A stretch of DNA of 63,552 bases, the filler included, from Dirinaria sp. TL-2023a (lineage: Eukaryota): NCBI GenBank assembly GCA_051941275.1. It is 2 parts of 2 records of this genome, joined end to end, with 100 filler letters (N's around TTAATTAATTAA, not from the genome) between each part and the next. Parts side by side here need not be neighbours in the genome. Positions count along the whole stretch, not along the records: positions 1 to 31,762 come from JAVEBF010000089.1; positions 31,863 to 63,552 come from JAVEBF010000090.1. One strand, written 5' to 3'. The notes below the pieces were generated by a model. That model searched no databases and was not told the DNA's origin. It saw nothing but the letters and a program-made list of their open reading frames with translations. Positions 26,583 to 39,300 of the stretch are shown here, piece by piece. The position numbers and the translations under genes were made by a program. Numbering within the stretch: position 1 is the first letter of the stretch; the number at the start of each line of letters is the position of its first letter.

Positions 26583-27056
26583 ATGATTTCGAATCAAATT
26601 CCAGCGCCGTTAGCCAACTTCTCATTTCCTCCAGGAACAGGTGAAAAACTTGAATTCAACTACATCGATAGCTTCGTGACCACTTGGGTAACCCCTGAGG
26701 ATTCACAACATCCTTGTTTCCTATCCCTTTGGTACTGGAATAGCTCGGATCCCCAGGGTCCATGGAAAAGCCGTATGCTCGACGCCTTTTCTTCCGTCTT
26801 AGATTTCTCGAAAACCCTGTAGCGCGATGACTGACTAAAAATGATCAGAATTCAATCAAACTGTTCCTTTGAACAGCACGAAAATTGTGCCTTTGGACGT
26901 GATTAGCTCAAATGGTCTCGGACAGCTGAAGCTAGACTACATAGATCCAGTTAGTAGCCACATAAAAATTTTCGGCCCAATTTTTCATGTCAATCACGAT
27001 CCTACTCAGCCCAGGGCTATTACCTGGAATCAGAAAGCACTTTCACCATCATCACC

Positions 27057-27088
<32 letters not shown>

Positions 27089-27531
27089 GGTCATCATCAT
27101 CATGGTCATCAACAACAACGGCAGCAACAGCAGCAGCACAATCGACTTTCAAATTAGCACGATCTACAAGCACCGTGCCATCCTCATGGGCAAGACCCTC
27201 CGTCAAAGCCGCGAATACCATCGCTCATCCCTACCTCTCCGGCCCAACCTCAACCTCTGCCCAACACTCTTCTTCTTTCTCTAGCGCAAAGACTGCCAGC
27301 ATCACCCTCGGCATTCTATTGGGTGTTATCTTCGCAACGATTTCCGTCATGTGCTGCATTCGAAAACGACAGCAAAAGAGGACATCAGCGCAGACTATTT
27401 GCAAAGCATCGGCTACACCACTTCCCGTGGCCCCGCTGACTTCTACGGTACAAGAAAAGGACGCTGAGAAAGATGCCCCTGAACTAGGGGCTCAAGATAG
27501 CCGATGGGAATTGGATGGCGGCAGGCGCTGA
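26583..27531 (+). CDS. Ser/Thr/Pro-rich single-pass membrane protein (Mid2-like architecture), hypothetical
   Basis: Intron 26773-26848 (GTATGC..CTGAC/CTAA..CAG) joins the two ORFs in frame. S/T/P-rich stalk, TM segment ITLGILLGVIFATISVMCCI followed by RKRQQKR, C-terminal ELG..ELDG. No obvious signal peptide. Confidence 0.65.
27030..27140 (+). repeat. coding trinucleotide repeats (CCA/TCA/GCA)
   Basis: Encode poly-Pro, poly-Ser and poly-Ala/Thr tracts. Confidence 0.8.
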
Positions 27532-27869
27532 GGAGAAGCAACGAGGAGTTTCTTGATTGGAGTTTGGAAAAATTGTATTATTTTTGGGTACGACGGGCAC
27601 AATATCGATGGAATGTTAAATTAAGAAGTTTACAGAGGGCTGCAAGATTTTATCTTGAGTGTTACAGAGTAGATTCCAGAGCCTCGATAAGCTATGTCGC
27701 AGATATCGGGCAAGACCACGGATTCTGTGAGGGCTATGCAAACTTTCCAGTCGCGAAATAAAGTATGAATTACGTACGTGCATGACGAGGACTGGTGAAG
27801 TGGGTAACGTGGACAACGTGGGCGGCATTATTGGGGGTTATGGGTTTAGGTAGCAGGTCACAGATGGCT

Positions 27870-28196
27870 TCGGCGCATCAGCAGACTCGGCTTCATATTC
27901 TTGGTGTTATTCTCTGTTTGACGAGCGTCGTGCTTGTAATCATTGACTTCAGTTCTCTTCAAGAAATTCTCGAGCGAAGCTTCTCTTCGACTCATGTTCG
28001 AACAGAATTGAAGAGAATATCGAAAATGAGTAGAAGGAAGAGAAACGATAGCGATTTGGAGATTGAAAGAGCGAAAACTGACGATGCATCGGTTTTTTTT
28101 TTGGTCTTCATCACGACATTCATTTTTAAATTTATACCGTTGGTGATTGTGATTGTGAATTTCAAAAATTTGTTGTGAGCTGACGTTGTTGTTTTT
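27870..28196. other. AT-rich degenerate (RIP-like) relic fragment
   Basis: By eye GG/CC-poor and TCGA/TGA-rich, like 58.4-63.5 kb; abuts direct repeat copy 2. Confidence 0.4.
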
Positions 28197-28273
28197 CAGC
28201 TCTGTTTCTGAAAGTTCCAAGCCGTCGGAAGTATGTACAGTACATGAACCGACCGAGATCCCTGTAAGGACTA
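28197..28273 (+). repeat. bipartite direct repeat, copy 2
   Basis: CAGCTCTGTTTCTGAAAGTTCCAAGC (1 mismatch versus copy 1) + 28 nt spacer + identical GACCGAGATCCCTGTAAGGACTA. Confidence 0.85.
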
Positions 28274-28931
28274 AGGGAACTGGTTCATCTAAGGTACAGT
28301 AGGTAATCATGTGTGGACCGTGCTCACGATTTGTTGTAACTTCATCATAATAATGTAATCATTGCATGTATTTATTATTATTGCAACACCTCCAATGCTG
28401 ACTTGTTTCTATCTATAACACTTGTTCGGCTCCTGATCTGCGCATCTATGACAGCGTAAGGAATCCGTCACTCTCTTCCCCTTGCCCAACTGAGCCAATA
28501 GCTCTATGAAAGGTGTATCAGCTGAATATAGAAAGGTACATGTAACGTGGACATGAAGATGGTAGATGCCGATCCAATCCGGGCGAGGGGAGCGAGAGAG
28601 CCCTCGAGCGTCATATAAATCCCAAAACGCATCTTGGCAGCCAAGGCGCGTCTTGGCAGATCTCTTGGAGGAAATTTGATCTGGGCATCGAGGACATCGA
28701 GCAGCATACTCTGTACACGGGAATCATGATCTGAATGGGAGGCTAGGAATTCTCCAAGTCACGTCATTAACACTCCGCGCCGGCCGGAACCTCTGACAGA
28801 GAGCTATCCTGGGCCACTTGCGACTCCAGGACACTGTGCATAGCTGAAGAAGCTTATCGCAACCCGTTCAATACGCATGCTGGACCGCGAAATAAAGGCT
28901 CCTTGCGAGCTCTGCTCAGAGGGTGGAGGGG

Positions 28932-31704
28932 ATGTCTTCGTTTTTTGGGAGCATCTTCCCCGGTGACAAAGAGCTAGGGAAGAAAGATGATGACCACAGG
29001 CCCGGAAGAAGCCCTGCGTTACCCAGAGCGTGGTCAGCGCGCAAGCAGGTATCCGGCGTGCGGAGGAGAAGGGTAACATACCTGATACTGGGGCTGCTGG
29101 CGATTGTTTTGTTCGTCAAGAACATACCTACCGATCTGGGGCCAAACAGCGCGAGGAGAGATGTCAGGGTGCCCTACCCGGACAGAAGTCTGCCTCAATC
29201 CCCCAACCAAGAGGCCCCAACCGACAAACCCCCTCGTCGGTCTCCATCGTCTGAGGCGGAAGATCACTACTATGACGGCCCGGTCAAATTCTACAAGCTT
29301 GCCGCTTCGCTGCATGCGGTGGCAATGTTAGCCGGTCGTGGTGGGAAGAATAAGAACATTCTGTTCGCGGCATCGAGCCTGAAGAGCGCCTCTGCAATCA
29401 TGCCAATGGCCTGTGAGATGGCTGCGCAGAAGCGGAACGATGTACACTTCGCTTTCATGGGCAGAGAGGAGCTGGAAATACACGAGATTCGCGAGGTGAA
29501 CGGAATCAATGAGGATGATTGCCCGGTCAATTGGCATGATGCGCGACCGGACTATTCGCGTTGGAGCTCAGACCTGCGCATGGAAGTCAGTGTCCGAGCT
29601 GGCCTGGGGCATATTAATAAGTTCGTGATGCCACAGGCGCTCATCATCGACTATGAAGGTAGAGAGGATACTTTCTTCGTCAATTCAGCTAGGATCAAGG
29701 CGCTCGACATGGGGAAATCTCTTGTCCGGCTTCCACGAGACGCTGCGACGGACATGATGTGGATCACACATTTAGACAGCGGGGCGCTTGCTGGTAATTT
29801 GTACCTGCGTGCTTGAATCGGCTATCTTGGCTAATGGGTTTCCAGCATGGCAAACAACATACATCGATCTTGTCGTTCACGCCCTTCCTCATTCTTCCGG
29901 CTCATTGCTTAGGCTCTTAAAGTCTATCGAGGCGGCCGACTATTTTGGGCATCGACGACCGCATCTAACAATCGAAGTCCCCTCCGACATTGATGGAGCT
30001 ACGGATTGGTATCTACAGAACCTGATATGGCCGCCGCTGGATTGGTCTGGAGCGCTCCACACCTCCCAAGTCACTCTTCGCCGTCGCATACCTAAAAGAA
30101 CGTTCACTGCAGCAGAAGCATCTTCCCACCTCGTGGAATCTTTCTATCCTGCACGTCCAGAAGATTCGCACATCCTCATTCTTTCCGCTCAGGCGGAGCT
30201 CTCACCGCTGTACTATCATTACGTAATGTATAATCTCCTCGAGTACAAGTACTCAAAGGGCCAACGCTCGGATAATCTCGTGGGCATCAGCCTCGAGCTG
30301 CCTCTGAATCACCTTAATGGCACAGAGCCGTTGAGCCCGCCTCACCCAAAGGGAAAGCCCGACACACCCACGCCTTTTCAATGGCAAGCTCCTAATAGCA
30401 ATGCGGCCCTCTACTTCGGGGACACGTGGATGGAATTGCACTCCTTCCTGACCAATCGCATCTCCACCATGACCTCCAAAACCCCGAAATACCAGAAAAA
30501 AATCAGCGAAACACAGCCGGCATGGGTAGAGTATCTCCTTGAGCTTATGCGCGCAAGAGGCTACACAATGCTCTACCCGAATTACGCCTCTACATCTTCC
30601 AATGCCATCGCAGTCAGCCACTCCGAGCTATACCAACCGCCAGAAGAATATCCTCAAGACCGACGAAAATCGCCATCCTCCACCGACGCTCCTCCCCCTC
30701 TTGATCCCACCGACCCATTCACCGCCGAGCCTGTGACAGAAACAATGAAGCCATCTGCTCAACCAGAGCCCGAACTCCTCACCACCACGCTCCTCGACAT
30801 CCTTCCGCAACCAGGCGATCTTCCACCCCTGTCCGCATTACCCCTCCTCTCCTACGACGGCACTCTTGCTTCGCCGTCGGCCTTAGAAGACTCAGCGTCA
30901 GCATTCACATCCACCTTCCGCCGCGAGATCGGCGGCTGCATCTACGCCAACGGCGAACCCGATCCCGAACCAGCAGTGTACACGGGCAGCGCCAACGATC
31001 TCTTCTGCAACCTCGACTCTATCACCGAAGAAGACCTCGCGGGGGAACCCGGCGACGCAAGGCTGCTCACGGGCGATCCCGACCTCGACGTCCAAGACCT
31101 ACCACCACCACCACCACCACCACAACCAATCCCAGCGCAGGCAGCACAGGCATACGCGGAGCCCTCTCCGCCCCCCGTGCCAGCCGACGAGGTACGTCAG
31201 ATGAAAAACGAATTCACAGCACACCTCCAGCGCCAGAAGGAGAAGAAGGGGCCGAAGAAGCTACCTACGAAACCCCTCAAGGGCGGCGATGAGAAAGAAG
31301 AGGAAAAGGTCTTAGTTCCTGCCGCGCAGGTGAGCGCGCTCTCGAAGGCCGGCGGCGGCGGCGAAGACGACGCAGTCTTTCCATCCATGAAAACCCCCGA
31401 GGAAGTCGAAGACGAGAAACACGTGATCCCGCACGCGGAGCGGGGGAGTGCGAGGAATGAACTTGCGTCGCATTTGAATCGGCAGCAGCAGAAGCAGAAG
31501 AAGGGAGAGGGGAAGGAGAAGAACGATGAAGGAGGAGGAGGAGGAGGAGGAGGTGGTGGTGGAGGAAGAGCGGGGCAGAATATAAAGGCTAATAAAGAAC
31601 CGGCTAAGGCTAAGGCCAAGGAAGAAGAGGAAACAGATGCGAAACGCAGCTGGATGAATGATCCCGACGACGCCGCCGCCGCGGAGAGGAAACCTGGGTG
31701 GTGA
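28932..31704 (+). CDS. type II membrane glycosyltransferase-2-like protein (conserved fungal family)
   Basis: ELGKKDDD N-terminus, TM YLILGLLAIVLFV, YYDGPVKFYKLAASL, WHDARPD, SGSLLRLLKS, ESFYP, WQAPNSNAALYFGDTWMELHSFL. Intron 29794-29845. Low-complexity poly-P/poly-G tail. Gene is solid; the function label is less certain. Confidence 0.75.
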
Positions 31705-31762
31705 ATTTTTTTTTTTCTTTCTTCCTTCTTGAAAGATTCGTTACTTTAGCTTAGCATGTACC

Positions 31763-31862
31763 NNNNNNNNNNNNNNNNNNNNNNNNNNNNNNNNNNNNNN
31801 NNNNNNTTAATTAATTAANNNNNNNNNNNNNNNNNNNNNNNNNNNNNNNNNNNNNNNNNNNN
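31763..31862. other. assembly gap containing synthetic TTAATTAATTAA linker
   Basis: 100 nt: N run, TTAATTAATTAA at 31807-31818 (stops in all six frames), N run. Confidence 0.95.
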
Positions 31863-32887
31863 CCCCCTTACCAATCAAAACCCATTTCTTCCCCCCATCC
31901 TCCGCCGCCGCCGCTCCTCCTCCGTCCTCCGATATCTGCGCTCGCACCACCAAAAACCACGAGTCAACATACCGAGCCTGTCCAACGCGGAACTTGACCT
32001 CCCAAACTTCTCCTCCGCTGTGCTGGCGAGAGCTATAGATTGGCTGTGAAGCTTCAATGACCCATTCCCGGACGGTAGCGGCCGCGCCTCCGGGCACGAA
32101 TTTCGGATTGCGTTTCCGCGGGCTGAAAAGCAGAGATGATATGTGAGCAGAGGGATCCGACTCCGGTGCGGGCGGCAGCACAAAGGCCGGCTTTGAAAAG
32201 GTAGATGCTGGAGAGGAGTGTGTTGGAAGCAGGAAGCGAGGGTGGGGGTTTTTCGAAGCTGATGAGAGTGCGTGGAGCGCGAAAGGAGGCGGCGGCGTTG
32301 TCGGTGGCGACGGTGAGGAGGGCAGCTGTGCAGATGATGGCGGTGTGGTGGCGGCAGAGGAAGAGATGACGATTTGTTCCCCCTCGGGCGCGGGAGGACG
32401 GAGTCGTTTCGCTGAGGTGGATGGTGGAGGAGATGAGGCCTCGTCTTCGTGAAGTTCGCTGACGCTTTTCGCGTTCACATTGAGGGGTTGAGGGTAGAGT
32501 CCCGCGCCTGCGTCGTCTTCGCCGGAGCTGGGCTCATCGATGATTTCTTTCTGCGGTGGGGCAGGTTTGGGGAGGTGCCGTCGCGCTTCGAATGGAGATG
32601 GGATATCATGTCTGTACTGGTTTGGATTGGCACTCCCCTCTCTCTCCCTGTTGGAGGAGCTGAACGTGAATCGCGGCGTCCCTGCAAGCCTCTTTGTGAT
32701 TGAGGAGACAGGCTGAGGAATGCTGTCTTGGGGCGCGTGTAGCGATGAGGAGGCTCGTTGCTCAGAAGGCCTCGTGGAGGACGGGGTAGATAGAATGAAG
32801 CGGTGGGGATTGGGGGTCTATGCTCGGTGTGAGCGGGCTTTTGCAATCAGATGGCATTGCACGGCGTACTATTGGCGGCGGCACCAT
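31863..32887 (-). CDS. conserved fungal hypothetical protein, 3' end lost in gap
   Basis: Exon 1 32870-32887 (MVPPPI), intron 32818-32869 (GTACGC..GCTCAC..TAG), then one open frame TPNPHRF..AGTPRFTF..FSPRKRNPKFVPGGAAATVREWVIE running into the N gap. Confidence 0.7.
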
Positions 32888-33257
32888 GGCCAGATTTTCA
32901 GTTTGCTATCCCATGGCACGTTGTCTGGGCTGATGAATCGCAGTCGAGCATTGAGGTACTTGCATGAGTACGTGACCTGCAGTATAGGTCTTGTTTAGGG
33001 TATTAGGGCTATCACCGATGGAATAGAATAGGTGATTAGCATCTGAAATAAGTGTGAGATATAGGAACCTATGTCAGTATTCATGATCGTATTGTGTGAT
33101 ATTGGTGGAGTTCTTGTCTTAGTACTAGATAATCATGATCTAGAGAGTACCTGAGTAAGCTCTTTGCTCCACATCGCAGCAAGAATGTGAATCCCAAAAT
33201 CTATATATCGAATTCGAAACAATTGCCAGACGGACGGACAAACCCGGTCTTCGCGGG

Positions 33258-33301
33258 ATGTGAAAAAAAAAAAAAAAAAAAAAAATTTTTTTTTTTCACA
33301 T
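33258..33301. repeat. fold-back palindrome at NRPS stop codon
   Basis: ATGTG-A23-T11-CACAT, overlapping the terminal TGA (33296-33298). Confidence 0.75.
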
Positions 33302-36300
33302 GTCCTGGATAAGCAAGTCCCGCACCTTCGCGACCACATCCCTCGCCACGCTCTCATCGATCAATCTGCGGTTTCCTTCGAACGACAAGACCAGCCTCCC
33401 CTTTCCCTCCTTCACATGCGGCGTGGCATAGATCTCAGGTCGAGGTCGGGGCAGCATCGGCGCGTCGTGAACGCTGAAATCGCTTCGCTGCCCCAGAAAG
33501 CTGAATTCTTCTTCCACCGCGCGCTGTCCTCCTCCTGGGCCTTGTTGGAGTGCGGTGCGCCAACCGAAATTTGGTCCATTGTGCTAGTCGGTGCAGTCCC
33601 GGATGATCTTGTTCATACCTAATCGTTCGTGCGGCGCATCTTGTATGAATTGATCGTGCAGCGTGCTCGCCACGCTCGCCACGGTATCGCACGGTGCAAC
33701 GCTGATACGGATCGGTATCTCCGAGAGACAAGGCCCGACGACGTTTTGGAGCGGAACCGGGAGTATGGAGCGGCCGGTCACCAACCGGCCTACAATCAAG
33801 TCCTGTTCTTGGTGGTAGATGCGCGACAGGACAATGCAGCAAGCAGCGTGGAAAGCCGTCGCTAATGAGAACCCATCGGACGAGGTCGATGCTGGCATGG
33901 GCATGGTCTCTTCGAACGCAATTCGATCTTCAACAACGTAGGATTTAGAGGGTGCTGCCGATCTGTTGTTGGCACTCCAGTGCGGATAGCTGGAGTTTTG
34001 CAGTCTGCTGGTCCAGTAACTTATGCTCCTCGCCTCTTGTTGCTTATCGAAAGCAAGAACTCGTGCGAAGAGCGGTGATTCGGGAATACTTTCGGCCTTG
34101 TAAAGTCTTGAAAGGGTGTCGAACAAAAACGACAGACAGTAGCCGTCAAACAAAGCATGTGAGATCCGCAAAATTAATTTCGGCCTTCGTATGGCATGTA
34201 GTACGACCATGAAACGGATGAAAACAGAACCCAAGTTGCGTTTCTCCTTAGATCCTCGTCGCATAAGCTACTGACGAACCGGCCCATTTCCTCATTCTTG
34301 GTGTCGAATAGCTCAAACTCTGCTGTGACGTTCTCCATTTGCACTTGCAAGAAATTGTTACCTGACTCGACGAAAACGCTTTGTAGAATGTCGAAGTGGT
34401 TCACAAGCATGTCGCATGCTTGTCTCAATCTTCCGAGATCCACATCCGGAGGTAGCTCCACAATATAATGTGGCCATCTGCCGGGAGGATCTTGTAGATT
34501 GTCCTTGATCGCCTGAGTCTGAAAGTCTGATATGGGCAGAACATCTCTCACATTGCCAGTCACCGTTGGATCAAGCAAGGGTAGTACCAATTCAGTGACA
34601 AATGATGCTGTATGTGTGTTGGCTGGAAGCAACGAAAAAGGCTGGTACGGCTGTAAGACCTCTTCTCCTTCCTCTACGGTTATCCAACTCATCACTTGAG
34701 CCAGCTCACAAAGTCGCGGGTGGCGAAAGATGTCCGCTACTGATAGGGACAGCCGCTGCTGGCGTGCCGCAGCCACCAGGCGCATAGCAGCAATCGACTC
34801 TCCGCCGATGCGAAAGAAATTGGTACCAGCGCCGATGCTCGAGGGATGAATCGTTAGTATCGCTGACCATAGAGCTTGTAAATGTGCCTCCATCACAGTA
34901 TTCGGAGCCTGAAAATCTTTGCCCTGCTCATTTAAATTCATCTCCGCAAGCATCGCTGGTGTGTACGTGTTCCCAATCTCTCGCAGGTGACGTCGATTGA
35001 TTTTGTTAGTGCCAGTGAACGGCATTTCTTCCAGGGCGACATAGGCTTGAGGAAGCATATATCGTGGAAGATGTTCCGAGAGTCGATTTTCGACTCCTTT
35101 AAAAACAAGCTTCAATTGGGCCTGCAGATCATTTATCATCTCTCCCGTCGGAACAAGCTTGACAAATATCGCAATGACTGTGCTTTCAGTATTTTTGGGT
35201 ATGATCACTTCTGCTGCAATAGCCACACATAGGCTTGGGTCGTGAAGGTTGGATCGGACATGACATTCGATCTCGCTCAGCTCAATCCGCTGGCCCCGCA
35301 GCTTGATCAACCCATCTTTGCGGCCGATGAAGGTCAAAGTCCCATCGGAATTGTAGCGCAGAAGATCTCCAGTTTTGTAGACTTTGCTTGATCGTCCTTG
35401 GTAGCCTGGAGCACCATTTCGAAGCCATTCTGGCGCGTTCAAGAATGCCGCTGCAGTCCTGTCAGGGTCTCCAAGATATTCCCGTGCAAGCGTCGGCCCC
35501 TCAATTAAAAGTTCTCCAACCGCTCCGATGGGCACGAGCTTCTCCGGATGGCCAGGTCGCACAAGCCAAATTCATGCTCCAAAAGGACGTCCAATATGGT
35601 TATTGGGGGATTTGGCGTTGAGTGGATCTATCAACATCGCCCCTTGAGCGCACTCCGCGGGACCATAGATACCCAAGATATCCTCTACGTGGGTCCAGCG
35701 AGAGAACTCGACATTAAGAAGTGGTTCACCGCCTATTACTAAAGTTTTGAGATTTGGCAGAGTGGCAGGAGTCAAAGAGGCCGCCACCGAGGGCGGAAAG
35801 TGAATATAATTTGCCCGCAATCTGTTGAAGGCGCCAGCGAAATCATTCATACGTTCCCATTCTGATGGTATACACAAGCAGCCTCCACGTATCAAAGTGT
35901 TCAGTAAGTTGGACCAGGTGATATCGAAGCTGTACGAAACAAAATCGAAGACTCGCGAATCCCGTCCGACTAGCAACGCCTCCCCCTGATGTGACACAGC
36001 GGAAGAAAACGCTTCATTTGTCATCACTATTCCTTTCAGTACACCCGTAGATCCTGACGTGAAAAGAATGTATAGGACATCACTGGGAGCGAACTTGCGC
36101 TCAGGCGTGTGCAGGTTTGCTGTAGAGCCACAGGCTGTGCCTGAAAACCATCTGGCGTCGACGACAGTCACCTCGGCATTCGAAATGTTACTCGCCAGCT
36201 CGAATGTATCAGCAGATGCAAGTACGAACTTCGGTCCAACCTGTTTACAAATAGCCCGAAGTCGCTTCTGGGGTTGCTGCACATCCATGGCTACACAAGT

Positions 36301-39300
36301 CGCGCCAGCCATGATTGCACCCAGAGCAGCGACAGGTTGCCACATCGATTTTGGGAAGCATAAGGCCAGTACGTCGCCATTTCTCACCCCAATATCAATC
36401 AAATGGTTCGCCAGCTGGTCCGAGAGCTCTTTCAGACGTCTATAAGTGAGCGAACCGTCCCATGCACATATGGCTTGGGCCATTGGCTGGAGGTTTACGG
36501 CTTGAACAATCCTTTCTTGAACGCTGACCTTTACAGCACGAGGGACTTGAGCATTCCATTTGCAGAGCTCAGTCATATCTTCTGGGCTTGCTACGTCTAG
36601 TTCTCGTAGCAACACCGATTCCGACACACAAATCTGTCGTAGCACGTGTTCCATCTGGGAAGCAAGTCGTTCCGCCTGCGTGGCGTCAATGACTTTGGAG
36701 TCAAAGCTTAGCTCCAACCCCAAGTTATCGTCATGACTCAGCTGACACGTCACCATTAATGCATGAGGATTGAAGTTGCCAAGGCCACTACTGATCGATG
36801 ATGAGAGCTCGATGCAAGATTTGAAGGGACTCAAAATGTCTGTATCCGGCGGATCTTTCGGGATGGACGGAGGTTGTATGACCAGTAGAGTATTGAATCT
36901 GGTTGCTTGTTCAGTGTCTGCATTTATCCGGCGGATTTCAAGGAATTCTGTGTGCTCGTAAGGAATCATCTCAACAGATTGTTGGTGTATCTTGTCCAAA
37001 AATTTCTCAAGCCGTTCTTGGGGGTCAAACATGACCCGTATAGGAAGAGCAGCAATCAATGGAGCGATGATGCCTTCAATGCCATCGATTGGAGCCTGGC
37101 GTCCGGTGACGAGGGCTCCAAAAACCACATCATCAACAGCTGTATATTGTGCAGTCAGTATTGCCCAAGCTGCCCTGATAATTGTCGAAGCTGTCACATC
37201 TTTTTTACTGAAAGAGATGTTATCAATATCACGCCGACACACGCTGTCTGCTTTGGGCACATATCCATGATGCGGAAGAGCTGGAAAATGAACGGCCTCG
37301 ATGCCCAAGCACTGACGGCGCCAGAATTTTTCCTTGTCTTCTTTATCAACAGTCGTCACATGTTTGATAAACGTCTGGAGTGTTGCCGTGGGTGGCTTAT
37401 ATTCTCTGCAAATGCAATCTGGAGGCTGAGAATATGCCTTGGCGACCTCTTCGAACAAAAGCTGTAATGATGTACCATCATACAAAGCGTGGTGTTGCGT
37501 AAAAATGCAGGAACGCTGCTTGATATGACGTTTGTTGTCTTTTGCGGGCTCAATAAATCCAAGTCGAGTGAGGGGCTGAGCTATGGCCATGGTCTCTCGG
37601 GAAATTTTCTGGACGTACTCGTCGACATCGTGGGAACGATTGCACGCAATGGGCTCATCAACTTGAACTGTGACCAAGCCACCCTGACTGAGGATTTCCA
37701 CTATTCTACATCGTAATATAGGTGCCTTGGATCGACTCACATACTCCCAAGCTTGTTGGAGTCGATGGATATCCACATGATCGTGTAGCTCAAGGTTAAA
37801 GATGGCGATGCAATCACGTGGCGATTTTGCCGTCATCGATAGGAGTTCTTTTTGTACACCTGTACACGGGAACATGTCCTCGATCCTTGCGACATTAACT
37901 CCCAACTCTACGGCTGTGTGTCGCCTGCCAGCATCTACATCCTTAGGGCGTGGAAGTAGAGAGAATGGTTCTACCGGTGCTCCACTGGTCTCCCTGTCGA
38001 CGTCATCGACGGCCAATCCGACAGCCATATCACGCAGTCGGGGGCAGGACAAAATATGCTGCACAGTTAAGGGCGTACCTTGACTTCGTGAAAGTGATGC
38101 TAGCCTCATCGCCGAAATTGAATCACCCCCCAATCGCAAGAAACTGGTATCTGCGTTGATATATTCCCGGGAAACATTAAAAATTGATGTCCAAAGCTGT
38201 CGTAGGCGGACTTCGCGCTCTGTGGTAAGATCTGATTTGATTGATCTAGCTGCTTGGGTCGTGAGCTGCGCAACGCTCAGAGAGGCACCAATCGCCTGAA
38301 GTCGCTTTCTGTCAATTTTCTTCCCTGCAGTCAAAGGAATCTCTACAATTGACAGGTAATTGCTTGGGACCATGAATGATGGCAATCGCTGCGGCAGCTC
38401 CACGTGCAGTCGATCGGCTAGTTGTTCAAAACGCAACTGATCCTCACCGTACTCAATCTGCACGAAAACTACTAAAGCTTGTCGCCGCGTGACATTGGGA
38501 ACTATGACCTCAGCGGCTACTGCGAAGCCATCTTTTACGTTCTCTGCCATACACGATCGAACGTGATGCTCAATTTCTGAAAGCTCGATTCTCTTCCCAC
38601 GAAATTTTACCTGGGTATCTTTTCGTCCTAAGAAGAAGATCGTGCCATTTCTAGGGTCATATTTTACCAGATCTCCGGTTTTATACATTCGGCCTGGTCT
38701 TCCAGGCACGCTGCCGTCCGGGGCTCCTTGTAGCAGCCACTCAGGGTCCGTCAGAAATGATAGCGCATTCAGTCCATCTAATCCCAAGTAGCCTTGGCCT
38801 ACAAGTGGGCCCTCGAGACAAAGCTCTCCGACTGCACCTATTGGTGAAAGGTCGGAGCCGGTTTGCGGATTCACTATCCAGGTCGAGACACCCTGTCCGT
38901 TACCTATAGAGAGCTTATTGGGAAGGTCTCTACAGCTTGGTAATCTGAAATACAATGATATGGCTGAACACTCGGTTGGGCCGTACACGATAAAAGTATT
39001 CTTAGCGTGAAAGAGCCAAGGCTCAACATCTGCCTTCAATACCGCTTCTCCACCAATATAAATGCTACAAAGCGTGGGAAGCTTCGCAGGATCCAGCTGT
39101 CGCGCAGTAGCTGGGGTCAGAAATATGTCAGTGGCATGCCGGCGGTGGATACTCTCTTCCAATGCTGTGCTTCTTTCTTCATCGCTCGGAATACACAGCG
39201 TGCCGCCGTTAGTCAGTACGTGAAAAGCACTCCAATAGCTCCCGTCGAACGCATAAGACGAATAGTCGTAAACGCGAGAACTACTGCTCAGCGCCAGGAG

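Noticed and set aside
25208..28273. CRISPR-like repeat/spacer reading of the direct repeat
   Set aside because: Only two copies 3 kb apart in a eukaryote, with no cas genes.
31807..31818. TTAATTAATTAA palindrome inside the N run
   Set aside because: Synthetic six-frame-stop scaffolding linker, not biological.
32475..32846. 123 aa minus-strand ORF
   Set aside because: Alternative frame of the spliced hypothetical gene starting at 32887.
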